Source of the DNA: Eledone cirrhosa
Taxonomy: Eukaryota
Length of the DNA: 64,000 nucleotides
Assembly (NCBI GenBank): GCA_964016885.1
Contig: OZ024740.1
Coordinates: 129,518,001-129,582,000 of the forward strand
Direction of reading: 5' to 3'
Part shown: in pieces, positions 63,355 through 64,000 of the stretch
Layout: every line of letters begins with the position of its first letter
Position numbering within the stretch: position 1 is the first letter of the stretch
Notes under the pieces: model-generated
What the model was told of the DNA's origin: nothing
Database searches by the model: none
The model's input: the letters and a program-made list of their open reading frames with translations, nothing else
Made by a program: the position numbers and the translations under genes

Positions 63355-63842
63355 CCCCGGCTATTGTTACAGCCGTTGATGTCTTTAATATTAATACTGC
63401 AAATGCAAATGTCGCGGCTTCTAATGCTGATACGGTCTAAGCATATACTATGATTGTTTGCGCCTTTCTGGCTGATGATTGTTGGCAAAGTTTTTATTTC
63501 TTAACATCTAGAATATCTTGCTGGAGCAGACCTGTATTTAATGTATTTGGAACGATGAATATACCGCATTCTAAGGCCTCCAAAGTGGCGGGAGAAAGCG
63601 AGGTAAAAAAGTAACCTGCAATAAGAGAGTTAGTCCGGATGTTTGCAAGAGAATGGAGTCAAATGGAAGAAGAAAATCATGTGCCACGTGGCTAGATTAG
63701 ACCATATGTTGGTTAAAGTCTATCACAGAAATAAGCTGGGGAATTTGAATTCTGAATGACGGAAACATTCAGAAAGGCATCATGTAAGTAGCGCCAACTG
63801 TCGCTGCTACTACTCCTGTTGCTGCTGCTGTTGCTGCTGATG

Positions 63843-63934
<92 letters not shown>

Positions 63935-63968
63935 ACTACTACTACTACTACTACAACTACTACTAATA

Positions 63969-64000
<32 letters not shown>
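60280..64000. repeat. Cryptic and perfect trinucleotide repeats (GCT/ACT/GTT; perfect (CTA)n at 63230-63353 and 63800-64000)
   Basis: Direct inspection; source of the Leu/Ala/Thr/Val-rich spurious ORFs. Confidence 0.85.
61890..62005 (-). mobile_element. tRNA-derived SINE (family 1), 5'-truncated
   Basis: Reverse complement of 29913-30015, extending to the B box. Confidence 0.88.

Noticed and set aside
60288-63975. Hydrophobic, membrane-protein-looking ORFs (e.g. 62035-62625)
   Set aside because: Derived from degenerate trinucleotide repeats; no domain motifs.

Overview
AT-rich animal genomic DNA packed with (TA)n/(CA)n/(TAA)n/(CTA)n microsatellites. The SINE and microsatellite content resembles octopus/cephalopod genomes (inference). 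I found no convincing host protein-coding gene, and nearly all ORFs in the track are translated microsatellites. Real content: (1) two 5'-truncated Penelope-like retroelements (PLEs) with RT/GIY-YIG remnants (1.2-2.8 kb minus; 19.5-21.85 kb plus); (2) a head-to-tail stack of five R4/Dong-type RLE non-LTR retrotransposon pieces, mostly joined by (TAA)n (8.6-15.5 kb); (3) several tRNA-derived SINEs, two with clear target-site duplications; (4) invisible to the ORF track, many type I hammerhead ribozyme (HHR) motifs from about ten sequence-unrelated PLE pseudo-LTR-like families. Eight motifs have an intact CUGANGA/GAAA/UH core. Most lie next to (TA)n tracts, and many occur as inverted or fold-back doublets whose turning point is in or beside the ribozyme. 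One pair is a 524-nt tandem (retrozyme-like). All RNA folds were deduced by eye; no activity is demonstrated.
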